Shown one piece after another: positions 22,412 to 36,066 of a stretch of DNA of 64,000 bases; the stretch's first letter is position 1; each line of letters opens with the position of its first letter. The translations under genes were made by a program, and so were the position numbers. The notes under the pieces were generated by a model, which searched no databases, was not told the DNA's origin, and saw nothing but the letters and a program-made list of their open reading frames with translations. Source of the DNA: Marsupella aquatica (lineage: Eukaryota > Plantae > Marchantiophyta); assembly GCA_973895155.1 (NCBI GenBank), contig OZ316894.1, positions 26,962,340 through 27,026,339 on the forward strand. The letters are read 5' to 3'.

Positions 22412-25400
22412 TCAGTCCGCATCGTCTGCAAGGACAGATGCCATGAAGCCCTTCCTTCGCCGAGGGAAAATTGGTATGACAATGGGCCATCCTCTCATGG
22501 TCTGCATCGGAACCATAATGCACTGATCCACCTGGCTAGGAAAAACTATGGTGTCACTAAACTCAGTCCCTGTGGGTGCAACTCGGGTTGTGTCCACGCG
22601 ATAAAAACCACACTCATCCGCAACCATCGTAGCTCTCGCTGGGGGTGACATGATCGACTTGTGCCACCTCACCTCTAGTACAGTGGTGACAAATGACCCA
22701 AAATGAACATCTAAAATGTCCACAACTGTCCCACAATAAGGAACCTCTACATCATCTACATCAGTCATCATGAAGATTCCAGAGTTACAAGTACTCTTCT
22801 TCATATGGTCTGTCCTCCAAGTCCGAAAGTGATGCCCTGACTCATACATGTGTGTATGAGTCGTGGCCCGCATCCCTGGCCCTCTAATGATGTTTTGTAC
22901 ATCAATGGGAATGGATGTAGACCCATGCACAGCCAAGAGCCTCTCCATGCGCTCCAAAGCCCAGACACGAAATGATGCAATGCCACGACCTGCTTGCGCA
23001 ACTCCCACTTGAAGCTCCAACCATGCACTGCCAAATACGTTGTCACAAGATTGTTAGAGATTTGCAGCCTTCTCAAATCCAATTCACAATCGATTAAAAT
23101 TTTAGAGTACCATACCTATACATCTCCCTCCAATCAGACATCTTCGGTCGATTCCCCAACACATAATTATGGATCTGTCGATGAAAGATGTCATCATCCA
23201 ATGATCGCTTCTTGGCCGCACCCATCAATCGCAGCCCACCATTGTCATCATCTTGTGCCTCTTCCCAAGTTGTGGGAGCTTTGCTATCCAAACTCCCTAT
23301 CACCCCCCCGGAATAGAAAAGACACTCTGACATAATGAACCCTGTTGCCATACTTCCCTCAGGTCGAGCGGGTTGACGCACCCAACCCTTGAGCACCTTC
23401 ATATATCGCTCAACCCAATACATCCATCAGGCATGGACTGGGCCTGCAATGGCAACTTCATCCACCAGGTGACATAGCAAATGCATTTGCATGTCAAACA
23501 GTGTTGGGGGGAACACTCGCTCCAAATTGCACATCACTTGCGCCGTCCTCTCCCTCATCAAAGGAATCTCTGACTCCTTGATCTCCTTGGCACATACCCA
23601 CCTATGAGGCACTCAAAAACATGACAGGAATAAATATCACCGCCCAATCTGAAAGTGGGCTAAGATGGTTACCAATTCAATGCCTACTAACATTCCCTCT
23701 ACTAAGATTCCTACAAACGTCGCTCTGCAGGACGTTCCTGAAGAGGGGTGACTTATACGACCTTGAATACGTCATATGTGGAGTCGTATTTTTACATTAC
23801 CTAGTTATAGATGACGTAAAGTATTAAGAGACTACGTATCCTCTCTAGAATGTCGTTTGAGACACCATAAATTTATGGTCCCATAACACCACAAAATCCA
23901 CGAGTAAGATATTTCCAACCTGAAAATGGAGCACAACTCGTACACTGTGAGTCGGAGTAGGTGGCGCTCTCTAGAATCATCGCAACAACGCAACACTGCA
24001 GGGAGCACATGCTGTATCAACTTGTGATAATCGTGGGACTTCAACCCTATCGGGGGGATGTACTCATTCCTCGTTGTGCACCCACGGAATCCAGCTCCGT
24101 AATGGCTCGGGAACTTCATCTCACAAATCATCCCATTCACATCCTTCAGAATGTCTCGAGGCAAAATCCAAGGGGCTGGTGGTGTCACCCCAGTACATGC
24201 TGTCCAATAATTAAAGAGAATCAACTTGTTAGGGTTTGGGGTTTCAGGCAAATCCGGGCAACTTCTTACAAATTAAGGGTTGATCGATGTTTTATCATGT
24301 ACCTGATATCCAACAGCTCTTCACAACTCCTACATTCTTTGCATCCACACGAACTCCACGAGTATCATTCTCACCATACATGTGCTTCACCAAATTCTTT
24401 GCGACATTCACTTCAATGTGCATGGGGTCCAGTAGCCACCGGATCTTGAGCATCTGCTTGCACAACATGGTAATCAAGTGAAAAACTCTAGCATTATGAG
24501 AGTTGATGAAAAAATCTATACACAACATTTGATAGGTGTATTGTACCTACCCTCCAATAAGGCAAGTCCCACAAGGCTGAGCGTCGGTTTACTCCACAAT
24601 CTTTGGGTTTCAGCAGCTTAGCCTCCACCATCTCTGCCATTTGAATTTGAGCTTCTGCTGAAGGCGCATTAGGACATGGTCTTAACTCAGTCTGTGCCCA
24701 ATGTCTTGTGTTACATCGCATGGGGTCATCCATTGACAATCTCATCCTGCTGCCCTCATATGTGGTTTTGTGCAATAGTACTGAGTACCTCCCATGCAAC
24801 TCAGGGCCACATGAAGGGCAACCTGAGTACCCAGCCACCTTCAAGCCTGATATTGTGCCCATGCCTGCCAAGGAAACCCCATCATATTCCCACAATAAAA
24901 GAAGCCAAATGAAGACATAAAGTCATTTAGCACAATATAATCACATTTTGTAAGGTTTTTGAATTACCGGGCCCATCAGTGGTGCAATGGGTGATCATGA
25001 CTCTCATGTTGAATGTCCTCCCATTGTCCGGTGCACGGGTGACATCTGTTGTTGGAGCCCCAATTTCCCACAAGTCATGTAGCTCTTCATAAGCTGGGGC
25101 CAAGCAAACATCTGGATTCTTGCAAGCCTCGGGACCGGGAATGATAGCTAGGAGGAGAACATGACCTTTTTTCATCGCCAACCATGGAGGGATGTTCTGA
25201 TTTATCAAAAGAACTGGCCAAATGGACTTTGGTTTCCGTCGCTGCTTGTATGGGTTTACCCCATCTATGGCCAACCCCAACCGAACGTTCCGTGGCTCTA
25301 CAGCAAAATCTGGCCATGTGGCATCAATGTGCTTCCAGGCTGGACTATCTTGGTGATACCGCATTATCCATGCTGGGGATTTGGTCTCGGCATGCCAAGT

Positions 25401-26172
25401 CTGTAGGGAGGATAGGTGTCTTCGCCGGTATAGATGCTGCAATCGGGGTGTGATTGGAAAATACCTCAGTACCTGAATGTACAACAACCATGAGGCGGCA
25501 TTTCGTCGTTAACATCACAAATACATTGACGATAACTACGTTCCAAAAATCTTTACGATGTTCAATACGACGTATTACTTCTGTATTGAACATAACTACG
25601 TATCCTAAAAGTGAACGTTGTCCAGAACGACGTTATAGTTTCATGTTGAGCAGATCTACGTTCTCTAAACTTTTACGTTGCAAAAATCGACGTTGGACTA
25701 AAAAACGTCGTATGGAAAGACGTAAAAATCACAAGGGAGACGTTAGGGTTATTTACTTCTAGTTGAAAGACGTACTACTCACGAGGGCAACGTTAAGGGA
25801 CACAAAACGCCGTAAAGTACGTCAAAAATTACTAAAATATAGATGTGGTACAGAGAGGATGTCACCTTCTCAGCAATCTTGTCTCCAATGGTATCAGGAC
25901 GATACCGTGGAAGGCCACATCGCTCAATTGGGCAATGGGTGAGGTCCAAGTACGGTCCTCTATACAAGATGCACCCATGAGGGCACATATGTATAGTCTC
26001 TAACGCCAGTCCGATAGATGATAACAACTTCTTAGCCTCCCTCACACTTCATGGAAGGTTGTTAGGTTGAGGCAAGAGTTTGTTGTGGAACAACGCAAAG
26101 AGTGCATCTGTATGGACATCTGATCCATTGAAAACCCCCTGTAAATTCAACATCAAGAGTGTGGCTCCCAAC
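22412..26172 (-). pseudogene. CACTA-1 transposase (TnpD-like), downstream exons: Transposase_21, DUF4218, DUF4216
   Basis: IHMCPHGCILYRG, FAVEPRNVRLGLAIDGVNP, LDPMHIEVNV, GLKSHDYH, FPPTLFDMQMHLLCHLVDE, WMYWVERYM, PARPEGSMATG, DTIVFPSQVDQ. GT-AG introns. In-frame TGA at ~26049 and 23427. Confidence 0.95.
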
Positions 26173-27088
26173 CTGCATTTGCATTGAAAACCACAAAGAA
26201 ACCAGCTTTTTAATTAGTTTAAGGCATGCCATTGAGGATGGTCCAATTGGGGACTTAGGGTTCACTAGTAGAAACCGGGGGGTATTTAGACCCCATTAAA
26301 CGACTATTCAGTACCGTATAGGACTTGGAAACGACTGGGAAGGACTCTAGTCCTTTATAGGACTGCGAGTCGTATGTTTTGTTACTATAATCAACTGAGT
26401 CCTTTATAGAACTGGTTTATAAGTCGTTTAATAGACTGGATTTTCAGTCTATTTTAGTCTTTGTGTGGGTAGCTTTGGTGAGTCGTTTTTAGTCTTTTAT
26501 GGGCTGCGATGATGAGTCGTTGGGAACGACTAAAAAGGTTATGGAGGGTAGTCTTTAAATATACTTTGTGGGGTATGTATAAGTCTTTTATGTCAACTGG
26601 ATATGAGTGATGAAGACCCCACTATACTACTTGGAATGAACCCACTCTTGTGCACAAATAACATATTGCATTCATGTTTTATTGTGTACTTGGAATGAAC
26701 TCACTCTATAAGTTCACCATTCATCATGTTAACATTAGAATACATAGTTTCAGAAAGCCATCTTCTATACCATGTACACTAATATGAATTCACAGATTCA
26801 AACTTCATAGACTACAAAGAAGGTCACAAAGTATTCCTCTATACCATACACACTAATACTGAAATGATAAAATAGATTCAAGTATCATAGACAATCACCA
26901 TAGAGCCATAGTTTGACATCAATCACTTGTTTCATACATACAGAATTCAGAAATATCAATGTCACACACAACGTCTCCTTCATCCTCTTTACCAAATGGA
27001 AAAATTGGTACAAATATTTCTTGGATCTTTCCAAGGCAATGTCAAAATGTGACACAATTCACATGATGCTATCTACACTTGCATTCAG

Positions 27089-30000
27089 TCACTGCAGACT
27101 AACACACTCTGATGGCCAGAGCACAAGAGATCCTACTGCATCTGCAATTATTTCCTGAGGTGGATCATCGTCTCTATTCGGAAGTGGCAAATTACAATCA
27201 GATACAATCACTGTAGTCAACAACACTACTACATGGTCATCCGGGACCACTTTGCCATGGAATTTTGCATGATCCGGTCGCAAAATGCCTGTACCCACAC
27301 ATACCTGCGAGTCATCCTCCCATGATAGAAGATTATGGACTGGCTCTGCTGTGGCTATCACCTCCACCTTACCCTGGCTGTTTTTCTTGGCTTTCCTGGG
27401 TGGCTTATACATGACATTATTCATACCTTGGTTGCGAGTCATGACTTTGGCACGAGTGTTTTGTGCTGGTGATCGAGAATTGGCTACACTCTTCTTCAAA
27501 GAATCTGCATCCATATTTGACACTTCTGATTGTGTAGCAGGATTTCCCTGCGACATCATCTCAGTATCTGCCAACATTGTACTTGCTTCAATTGAAGCAT
27601 CTACAATCTTACTTGCATCCAATGTTGCTCCCAAGTTTCGACGTCGCTTCACCCTACTCCCACTTGGTTGAGAGTCTGTCAACTCTGCATCAACTACAAT
27701 TCAGTGTCATGTCCAACATAAGTCAATCACTCATCACATGTGCTAAATGTACATGTCACCAACCACAAAGTTGTCACTATCTCCTTACCATTATGAACAG
27801 CCTTCTTCCCCTTCTTTGCCATTGCCATATGCTCCATGTCTGCTTCTGTTGATCAATAAACACACCACAATATTCAGGTTGAATCTATTAACCACTGAAT
27901 TGTTGCTCAACATTCATATAGAGGAATTTAAAGCATCAGCTTACCTGATACCTCCTTGGCTATGGTCACTGAGGCACTGGGCACATCTTTTTCATTATTG
28001 CTCTTTGAATCACCTGATACATCAATCATGATGTCACTTCAGATCCCCGTTGATCCAACCAGTTCCGAGACCAGTTCTTACATAAAAGATTACCTCCAAC
28101 TTGCTTAAGCTTCACAAACTCCATGCACTTTTCAAATGATTCATACTGGATTATAGCAGGTTACCTGTCTCATCAACCTTCTTGCCCTTCTGCTTACTGA
28201 TTACAGGGTCCTTCTCTGCCTCCACTCTTCCTGCATTCAAACCATTCACTCAATTCATGAAAACTTACTTCTAACATTTGAACATAGGACACAATGAACA
28301 ATGGGCCGGTGTCATTTCCATACCTGTGTCAGATTTGCCAATTCCCTTTTTTGTTAACAAGGGCACACTTTGTACAATGTTGCCCTCATTGTTTGGTTGG
28401 GAACCACCCAATTTTTCAATCACAAGCTTGAAATTAGATTCCACTGATGCAAGAAGGTTCGCTACAGATGCCTCCACAATATCCAAACGATCAGCCAATT
28501 TACTTTCCACTCGAGGGAGTCCACACTCTAATGACTTCAACCGTTCACACATCTCTGTGAGAGTTGTAACAGTTCCCTGTCATAACACAGCTTACATATC
28601 TCAGATAACTGTCCCCAAGAACTGGTTGCTTACTTCCTACTACATTTCTTTCTGATGCTCAAGGCCAAATAGTCATAGAACATACAGAATTACAACATAA
28701 TCACCTGTTTGGAAGTTACACTTGTCACCTCACTCCTTTGTTTCATGAACTCCTCTCTCACTTCTTGTGCTGATGGTTCTTCACCTGTCAATTTCTTCTG
28801 CAGTCCACATCAACATACATATGAATGAAACCAAGTGTTGATTGTCAATGAAAATGTAATAATGGTAGCAAGATGATAAGTTTGAGCCTTACTATCAGGC
28901 ATGTCACTGCCTTACCAATTGTTCTTTCACTGGAGCATAACTTCCTCTCCCAGCCTGTGAAAGGTGTTTCACTTTGCCTCGAGCATTTGACATCAGTTCA
29001 CTCTTGCTCTGTCCAGCCTCCGACATGAACCCTTTGATTAACCGTGTCCATTGATCCAGTTCCAATGATGGGGGTGGTGGCATTCTCCTGTTAGAACCAT
29101 TGTCTATCCACATCCTTTTCAACCTATGCCTCTCTTGTTTCAAAATCCTCATTGCATAATCTGATATGCAATCTTCAACTGGGCCCTTACCATCATTACC
29201 AACATACTCCCACCGTTCAAGAATGTCCTTGCAGATAGCAGCCCAATCAGCTTTGTTCTGACTCCTAAACTCTGTAATGCTCAAATCTAACCAACGCAAT
29301 ACTTCTCCTCTTAGGTCAGAATGCCAACGGTTCTTACCATCACATGTGGGAGTTATCCAACCTTCGGAATTCACTTCTACTTTACCAAATTTGTTACTGT
29401 CTCCTGCCTTGGTACTCCCTGAAGCGCTACTAGGTGTCCCTCCACGGCCTGGTGTCCCCCCACGGCCTGGGGTCCCTCCACGGCCTGATCTCCCCCCACG
29501 GCCTGGATTGCATTGTCCAAACCTCCCTGGAGTCCCTGCACATTTACAGGATCCATTTATAGTCACTTACATTAGGTAAGTATGAATCATAAATCCCGCT
29601 GCCAAATATACAGTGGACTTCAGAGCAATTCTGCAATGACCAAGTTACCTCTCCCTTGGCGCATAGATGGTTCTGGACCACCTGTCCTATTGCTTTGTCT
29701 TGATGAATTAGGGGCGTTTCTCCCGCCTGTGAATGATTGCCTCCTATCTGAACGTGGATGGCCTTTGTTATTTTCGTGATTGTCCCAATCAGAGTCTGCA
29801 TACCAATAGGTACATGCCACACTCATGGACCTGTAAGATAAACTCTTTGCCCTAGCTACACATCAGATAAGTGCATATTGAGCTAAATCTCTACTACCAT
29901 CACAAAATCACTAGCACAAGGCACTTACTTGTCCAATCATCCTCCTCACCTTTCCATTGCCCTCTGTACCCGTCTCTACCACGCTCTGGGTGTTCATATT

Positions 30001-30271
30001 CATCCCATCCATCTTCTACTCCATCATAGTCATCATCATAATCATCAGGCGTCCCTTGCCAATAACTCTGGCTCCTTCTAGGGTATGGATTATGTGATTT
30101 CTCTCTAGCTGCCCACCTACCTGGGACTTGATGAGGGCCCTGTGCATCTTGCACAGGTGCATTTTTCTGTGAGCCCCCTGCATCTGGGTCTCCATCCATA
30201 TCCAATCTTTCCTCTTCACCCCACTCTCCAAGCCCCATGTCTGTCTCCATGTCATCACCCTCTTCCCCCAT
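27089..30271 (-). CDS. CACTA-2 second gene (TnpA/TNP1-like), multi-exon; exact structure uncertain
   Basis: Transposase_24-like segment (ILKQERHRLKRMW...LDQWTRLI...KSELMSNARGKVKHLSQAGRGSY) in 28904-29566. C-terminal Transposase_23-like FHGKVVPDDHVVV...LPLP...IADAVGSLVLWP in 27089-27682. GGTPGR 18-bp repeats at ~29437-29507. Confidence 0.7.
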
Positions 30272-30448
30272 AGCTTCTGCACAACACCCACAACCAAACA
30301 GGGAGAATCAGCACACTAAATTCAAAGTATCAATCAATTTCATGCATATCCAACTATCCTAAACATCATTCCAGGCAGCAATTCCCGTTATGTGACTCTG
30401 TGCAGGTAGTCATCCTCAACCTCATACTTGCCAATCGCCAGCTGTTGC

Positions 30449-31686
30449 CTATTGCAAATCATCAACCTCATCATATTCCATTTGCCCAGGTTCATCATAT
30501 GTCTCTCTCAATGTTAAGGGGATGTAGTCAGTCCCTGCCCGAGTTGGAAGTACAGTCTCATGACTAGGATGCTCGAATGCAGCATGGTCATCCAAACTGA
30601 ACTCTACTTTACTTCCATCCATCCGCCTGTTCCGTGCTTGGCTATGGCATACCACCCTCCAGCCATGTGACTCCGCCACATCTGCAAAGAAAGCCTGTTC
30701 AACTTGGCTAGGGAAAACAAAAGGCTCAGACCATTCTGGTACTCTGGACCTAAAATTGGCCAACAAGAACCCATCATGATCACGCTTCATGGTGGCCCTT
30801 GGTCTCTGCCACTCTGATTTCACCCATGATCCCTTCATCAATATCACTGGGACACTTGTGTTACCATAATTCAACACCCAAATGTCGGTCAACTCCCCCA
30901 CGTAACCCATCTTCATCCACCCCCTCTATTCTTCAGAGGTTCTCTGCTCAAACACAGAAATCAAACCACAATCATATGATACACAATGGTCACCCTGCTC
31001 ATCCCTCACTCGATAATGATTTCCATAAGCTCTCATCCATTTGTAGGTCAGAATAGACAATCGTGGTGGCACAGATAGAAGATACAAATCCTTCTCCATA
31101 TCTGGGTGATGTCTACTATGCTCTCGAATTGTCACCCGAATCCACTGCTCGAACTGTGGGAAGGGATCCTGCTGCCCAGAGTGTGCAGCTTTTTGCATAT
31201 CATATTCCCTGCATTATGAGGTACAGGCATAGTTAGGTCTAAACAACACATGACAACCTAAGATCACCCTTGGAACAGACAAGAAGCATCACAACAAAGG
31301 CAAGTCAATTCAATCACTCACCTCCACCATGGTTGCATAGGCTCTGTGTTTGCCAGCACATATGAATGAGCCTTGTCTCGAATCGCAACAGGCAGCTGAA
31401 CAGCACGTCCCACACCTTCAACAACCTCGCCACTCACTCCATCATCTTCACCAGATTTCCAAACTCTTGTCATAGCTTCACCAGACCCAGCCATGTACTC
31501 TGTTAGGAATCCCAACGTCTCATCCTTAATGTACCCCAATGCCATGGAAGCCTCTGGCCTGTAGTATGTTCTCACATGACCTTTCAACAACTTCATGTAT
31601 CGCTCCATAGGGTACATCCATCTGGTACTGACTGGCCCATACTGCCCTAGCTCTTCTACCACATGGATTAGGAGATGAGTCATAAC
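30449..31686 (-). pseudogene. CACTA-2 transposase, C-terminal part only (DUF4218/DUF4216)
   Basis: MTHLLIHVVEELGQYGPVSTRWMYPMERYMKLLK, RPEASMALGY, AYGNHYRV, EPFVFPSQVEQAFF. Cut off at 31686 by the LTR; the upstream part is not seen. Confidence 0.92.
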
Positions 31687-34600
31687 TGTGATGCCTAGAC
31701 AGGAATCACTCGGCCGGTTAAGTGGGTAAAGCAGGAAGGCACCCTAGGAACACCTTAGTATAGTGACAAAACAAGGAAAATATAAACAATTAGGGGCAAC
31801 CATGGAACCCGGGCCGAGGCCGGAGGTAAGGCTAAGGGTGAAAACCCGATTAGGGTTAGGGCGCGTTAAGCGTCGGCGGCTAGGAAGGATCAACGAGAAG
31901 AAGGACCGGCAAAGGAGAGGGGTAAGGAGCGCTTGCAGGAGATAGTGGCTCATTTGCGAGCACGAACTAGGCAGACGACTACGGGAGGCCAACTACTGTC
32001 AGCTGCTTAGGCAAGCACTCGGGGAGAGAGTAGATACCGACGATCAACCTAAGGAGGGTATGAGCAACGTCAATCAAGCGGCACATTTCTGGGGATGCCT
32101 GTTCGAACGGGCAACTGAGTACATCAAGACTTACGAGGACGAGGAATCAGAAAGGGCAGCTCGAGAACGGCAGGAGCTCGCTCGATTGTGGGAGCTGCAG
32201 AAGACGGCTTTCTTAGGAGGCGAACTCATCAAGGACGAGTTCCAGTGGACGCCTACTTCCAATCAACTCGACGATCTTCTGTTTTGCAAAGACAGCGTCG
32301 TCGGCATCCGAGAGGCCATCAAGAACTGCAACGACATACACTAGGAATTAAAGGGTAGCACGGAAAGGTGGACCCAGGCAACGGTGCTAGGAGAAACCTC
32401 CACGGCAACAAAGATGAAGAGGAAGGGAGCCGTCAACGATGAAGCCACCCCGGCAAAAAGAACGAGGTCGGCGGCACCAAAGAAGCCAGCCGAGCAACAG
32501 AGCAGGAGGCAGGGAGAAGCCGAAGAGGAGGAGGTCGATCCCATCAAGGCCATTCCAACCAGGGATGACACCTGGAAGGGCTGGGCGGCAACCCTACCGG
32601 TGGAGGTGCAACTACATTTTGCACGGGAGGAGGATGCATGCTTTACGGCCATGCAGACCAAGAATACCAAGGCTTCATGGCCGGATCCGGCTTGGAGGCC
32701 TTTGTAAGATTACCATGGCTGAAGCCGGAGGTACCGGAGTCAGACCTATTAGAATTCGTGGGGTCATGGGAACCCGAGACCAATTGCACGAGGATATATG
32801 GGAAGGATTTCTATCTTACTCCCAAGGTAATTGCCGAAGTGTTTGGCCTGCCGATAGGCAATAAGACCAAAGTTGATACCAGGAAGACCTTGCCTGACAA
32901 GGAGTTCCGGTCGTTCCCCGGGCCATCAACGAAGAATGGCTTCTTCCGGAACACCTGCACCAACCCGCACATAGGAGAGATGATCGACTTCTTGCGGGTG
33001 ACCATGCATTGTAACTTGCCGAGGGCAGAGATCGGCAAGGCACAGGTCTATCTGGCATCGGCAACAACAACGGCAACGGCAACAATGCAGGACACTACTA
33101 CAGAGGTAGGCCTACACCGGCTCACAAGAGAAAACCCCTTTGCTGGAGACAAGGAGAGAATCAGGCCGGAATCCAAGCCAGGTGTTCGAATGTACGTGGG
33201 AACCTCAAGCTCCGAATCTGAGGCAGAATTGCCTGAAGCTCCTACCGACGAAGAGGAGAGGGAGAAGCCGGACGTCCAAGAGGTAGAGGAGGCAGTGGAG
33301 GACTGCAGCCATGATAATTCCGGCTATGGGTCGGACCATCACGTTCCAGGAGTAAGGACCTGTGGCCGGTTTGTCCCCACACTTCCAAGGGTAGTGCGAG
33401 GGGACCCCAACCAGCAGAGTAGCCCTGAGTCTCCCCCACCAGATGTTGCTCCCCCGAGCTTCGACGGCATAAAACAGACGGTGCAGGAATTTCAGGAGCG
33501 AATCAAGCAGGAGGAGGAGGCCGCCCTGGCTGAGGAAAAGGATTTACCAGGAGGAGATTGGCCGGAGGACATCAGGCGGCTAGCCGAAAAAGGAAGCAAA
33601 CCTCTAGCCACGATTGAAGAGATCCGCAGGACGGCTTGGGAGCAGAGGCCACGATGGGCGATGCCGATCACTTCTACTTACTCCACCTACGCTAAGAATA
33701 GAGCCATGGAGTATGGTGAGATGTGTGGGGAACTTGCGCTCGGCATCTTTGGAGAGGAGTTGGAGGTAGGACCCTTTTTCCATAGGGAGCAGTTGGAGAA
33801 GCACCAATTAGAAGAAGCGGTGGCTTTAGAGAGAAGCAAGAAGGACGAGGTCATTCGGCGGCTTAGGAGGATGGAAGCCGAGATTGAAGATCTAAGGGCG
33901 GCCAAGAAAGCCCAAGATGAACTGCGGATTAAACGACATGAGCTGAACATCATGCAGGGGCAGTTGGACACCGCGCAGGCTGATAATCAGAATATCAAGG
34001 ATAAACTGACTCAGACGCAGGAAGAGTTGGCCGACACGATCAAAGAGAGGGAGAAGTGGAAGCAAGAGCTGAAGAATACAGAGGAGGCCCACATAACAGC
34101 CAACAGCCGGGCCATGGCGGAGACCCAAAGAAAGGAATGGGCGTTGAAAGGGGAGCTCGAGAAAATCCGCGGAGCCCTTGAGCAGAAGGAGGCCGAGTTA
34201 GGGAAATCCTATCAAGGGATTATGGCGCTGCAGCAGGAGCTTGCGTCCCTGACGGCCAGCTTCAAGGCCGACCTAAGGGAGAAGGACGAGATGCTCGAAC
34301 AGACTTACGCCAAGATGAACCAGATGGAGTCTGTCATCATTGCAGAGCTCGACAAGGAGCTAAGAGCAACCCGGGAGGAGAGGGCTACCTTGAAGAAGGA
34401 ATTGGAGGAAGCCCACAGGGAGCAGGAGGAGGCCAAAAACGAGCTGGAGGGGGCACGTAAGGACCTGGATGAAACCCAAGAGGAGTTGGAGGAAATCACG
34501 AGGAAGATGGAGAACCTACAGCGGCGGGCCGACAACCAAACAGAGCGGCTGAAGAAACAAGCCGCAGTATTTAAATGCTTAGCTGCAGCAGGTCCATCTC

Positions 34601-35997
34601 CCGTTGGGACAAACCAGTTACCAGGGGTGGTAATTGCCGAAGGACAAGCCGCGCCACCTGCACCAGTGCCGGAAGTAAGTGGGAAGGGGAAGGGACCAGC
34701 TGCCGAGCCACCAACGAAGAAGAAGCGGAAACCTTCAGGGTCAAGGAGTAATACGACTTCACAGGCCGTGGTGATCAAGGAGGTAGACCCAGCACCGACC
34801 CCAGACAGGGTCACGGCTAAGGATCCAACTACCCTAGGGGAAGGGGAGGCCGAAGCCGAGGGAGTGGCCGAAGCCGAAGCCGTGGGAGTGGCTGAGGCCG
34901 AAGCCGTGGGTATTGCCGAGGCCGGTGTTGAGGCTGAAGTCGAAGGTGGACCCAGTCAGGCCGAGGGAGAGTTGACTCGGTCAAGGGCAGGTAATCTGTC
35001 AGTAGGCGGGCCAACGGCAGTGGCTGAGGAGGAAGTGTTGGGGGCGTCCATTGAGGATCCACCACCGGTGTCGTGACGGTGCAATGGCGCCGTTCCTTTT
35101 AGGGAGGGCGGACGTGGAGGGAGGAGGCGTGAGTGGGCAGGGCGGGCGCGGATCTCCACGTTTAGGATTAGGATTAGAACCAGGAGCGGCCCTGACACTT
35201 AGCTTAGTGGGATTGCGGTTCCACTGGTAGGAGCAACACTTGTGCTCCTGCCTTACTGTACATAGGTAGATTCGGGCAAGTAGATTACTGTCAGGTAGAT
35301 TAGGCTTACGATGCAAAGAATGGCGGATCCACTACCAGGATAAGTACCTGGGCAGCGGGGAGCTCAGGGCCTCTTCTTTAGCAAGTTTTTAGTTTGCACC
35401 AGCCGGGCTGGGATCAAGTAGTACGAGAAGCTCTCGGTTAGTCATACAGTGACCCTTGTGTATATTCATGTTTCCTCATGCCTAAGAGCTGAATAGAGTT
35501 GGCCTCACGGCTTAGTTCGCAGAACTTGTGTATGAGATGTACTGTTTGTATGGCAAGTGCATGGTATGACTCAGTCAGAATGAGTCATTTTGCTATTTGT
35601 GTGTCGCATTAACTTGTGTGAAGAGTGCCCACATCAACAGAAGGAAGGAAAGTAAGCAGGGGAGTGAGAGTTGGATGTGTCGAGCTGAGAGAGGTCTTAG
35701 CGGCTTAACCAAGCCTATTGGGGATCATTCCGACGACGGAATCCAAACATACCTAACAAGACGGAGGGGAAGACAGGGGAAGACAGGGGAAGGCCTATAT
35801 TAGGCCGGCTACGTATCTCATGACCCGATGAAGGATCTGTCCAGTATATGTGTGTAAAATGTTAATAGTAGTAGTAGAAGGTTAGCAGCGTCCCATGCCG
35901 CTAAGCCGCGGAAACGGCCTCGCCAAGCACGAAACCTGCGGGAATCGGCTTGAGCTGGGGGGTTTCTTGGGTTTAGGGAGCCATGGGACGCACCACA
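31687..35997 (+). repeat. 5' LTR (4311 bp), with a 348-bp in-frame internal deletion relative to the 3' LTR
   Basis: TGTGATGCCTAGAC...GGGACGCACCACA, near-identical to 41973-46632. The segment equivalent to 43344-43691 is missing at ~33057. Confidence 0.96.
31802..35076 (+). pseudogene. LTR-encoded ORF (5' LTR copy)
   Basis: Starts MEPGPRPEV. Stops at 31943 and 32342, a frameshift at ~32665, then an open 812-aa frame to 35076. Confidence 0.85.
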
Positions 35998-36001
35998 TTT
36001 T

Positions 36002-36019
36002 TGGCGCTAGATGGAGGGG
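36002..36019 (+). other. Primer binding site, tRNA-Asn-like
   Basis: TGGCGCTAGATGGAGGGG lies 4 nt after the 5' LTR. It is complementary with one mismatch to the plant tRNA-Asn 3' end as I recall it (...CCCCTCCTTCTAGCG-CCA). Confidence 0.7.
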
Positions 36020-36066
36020 GCATTTCTTAAGCCGTGAGATATGAAGTTAGAACGGAAGCGTAGGTA

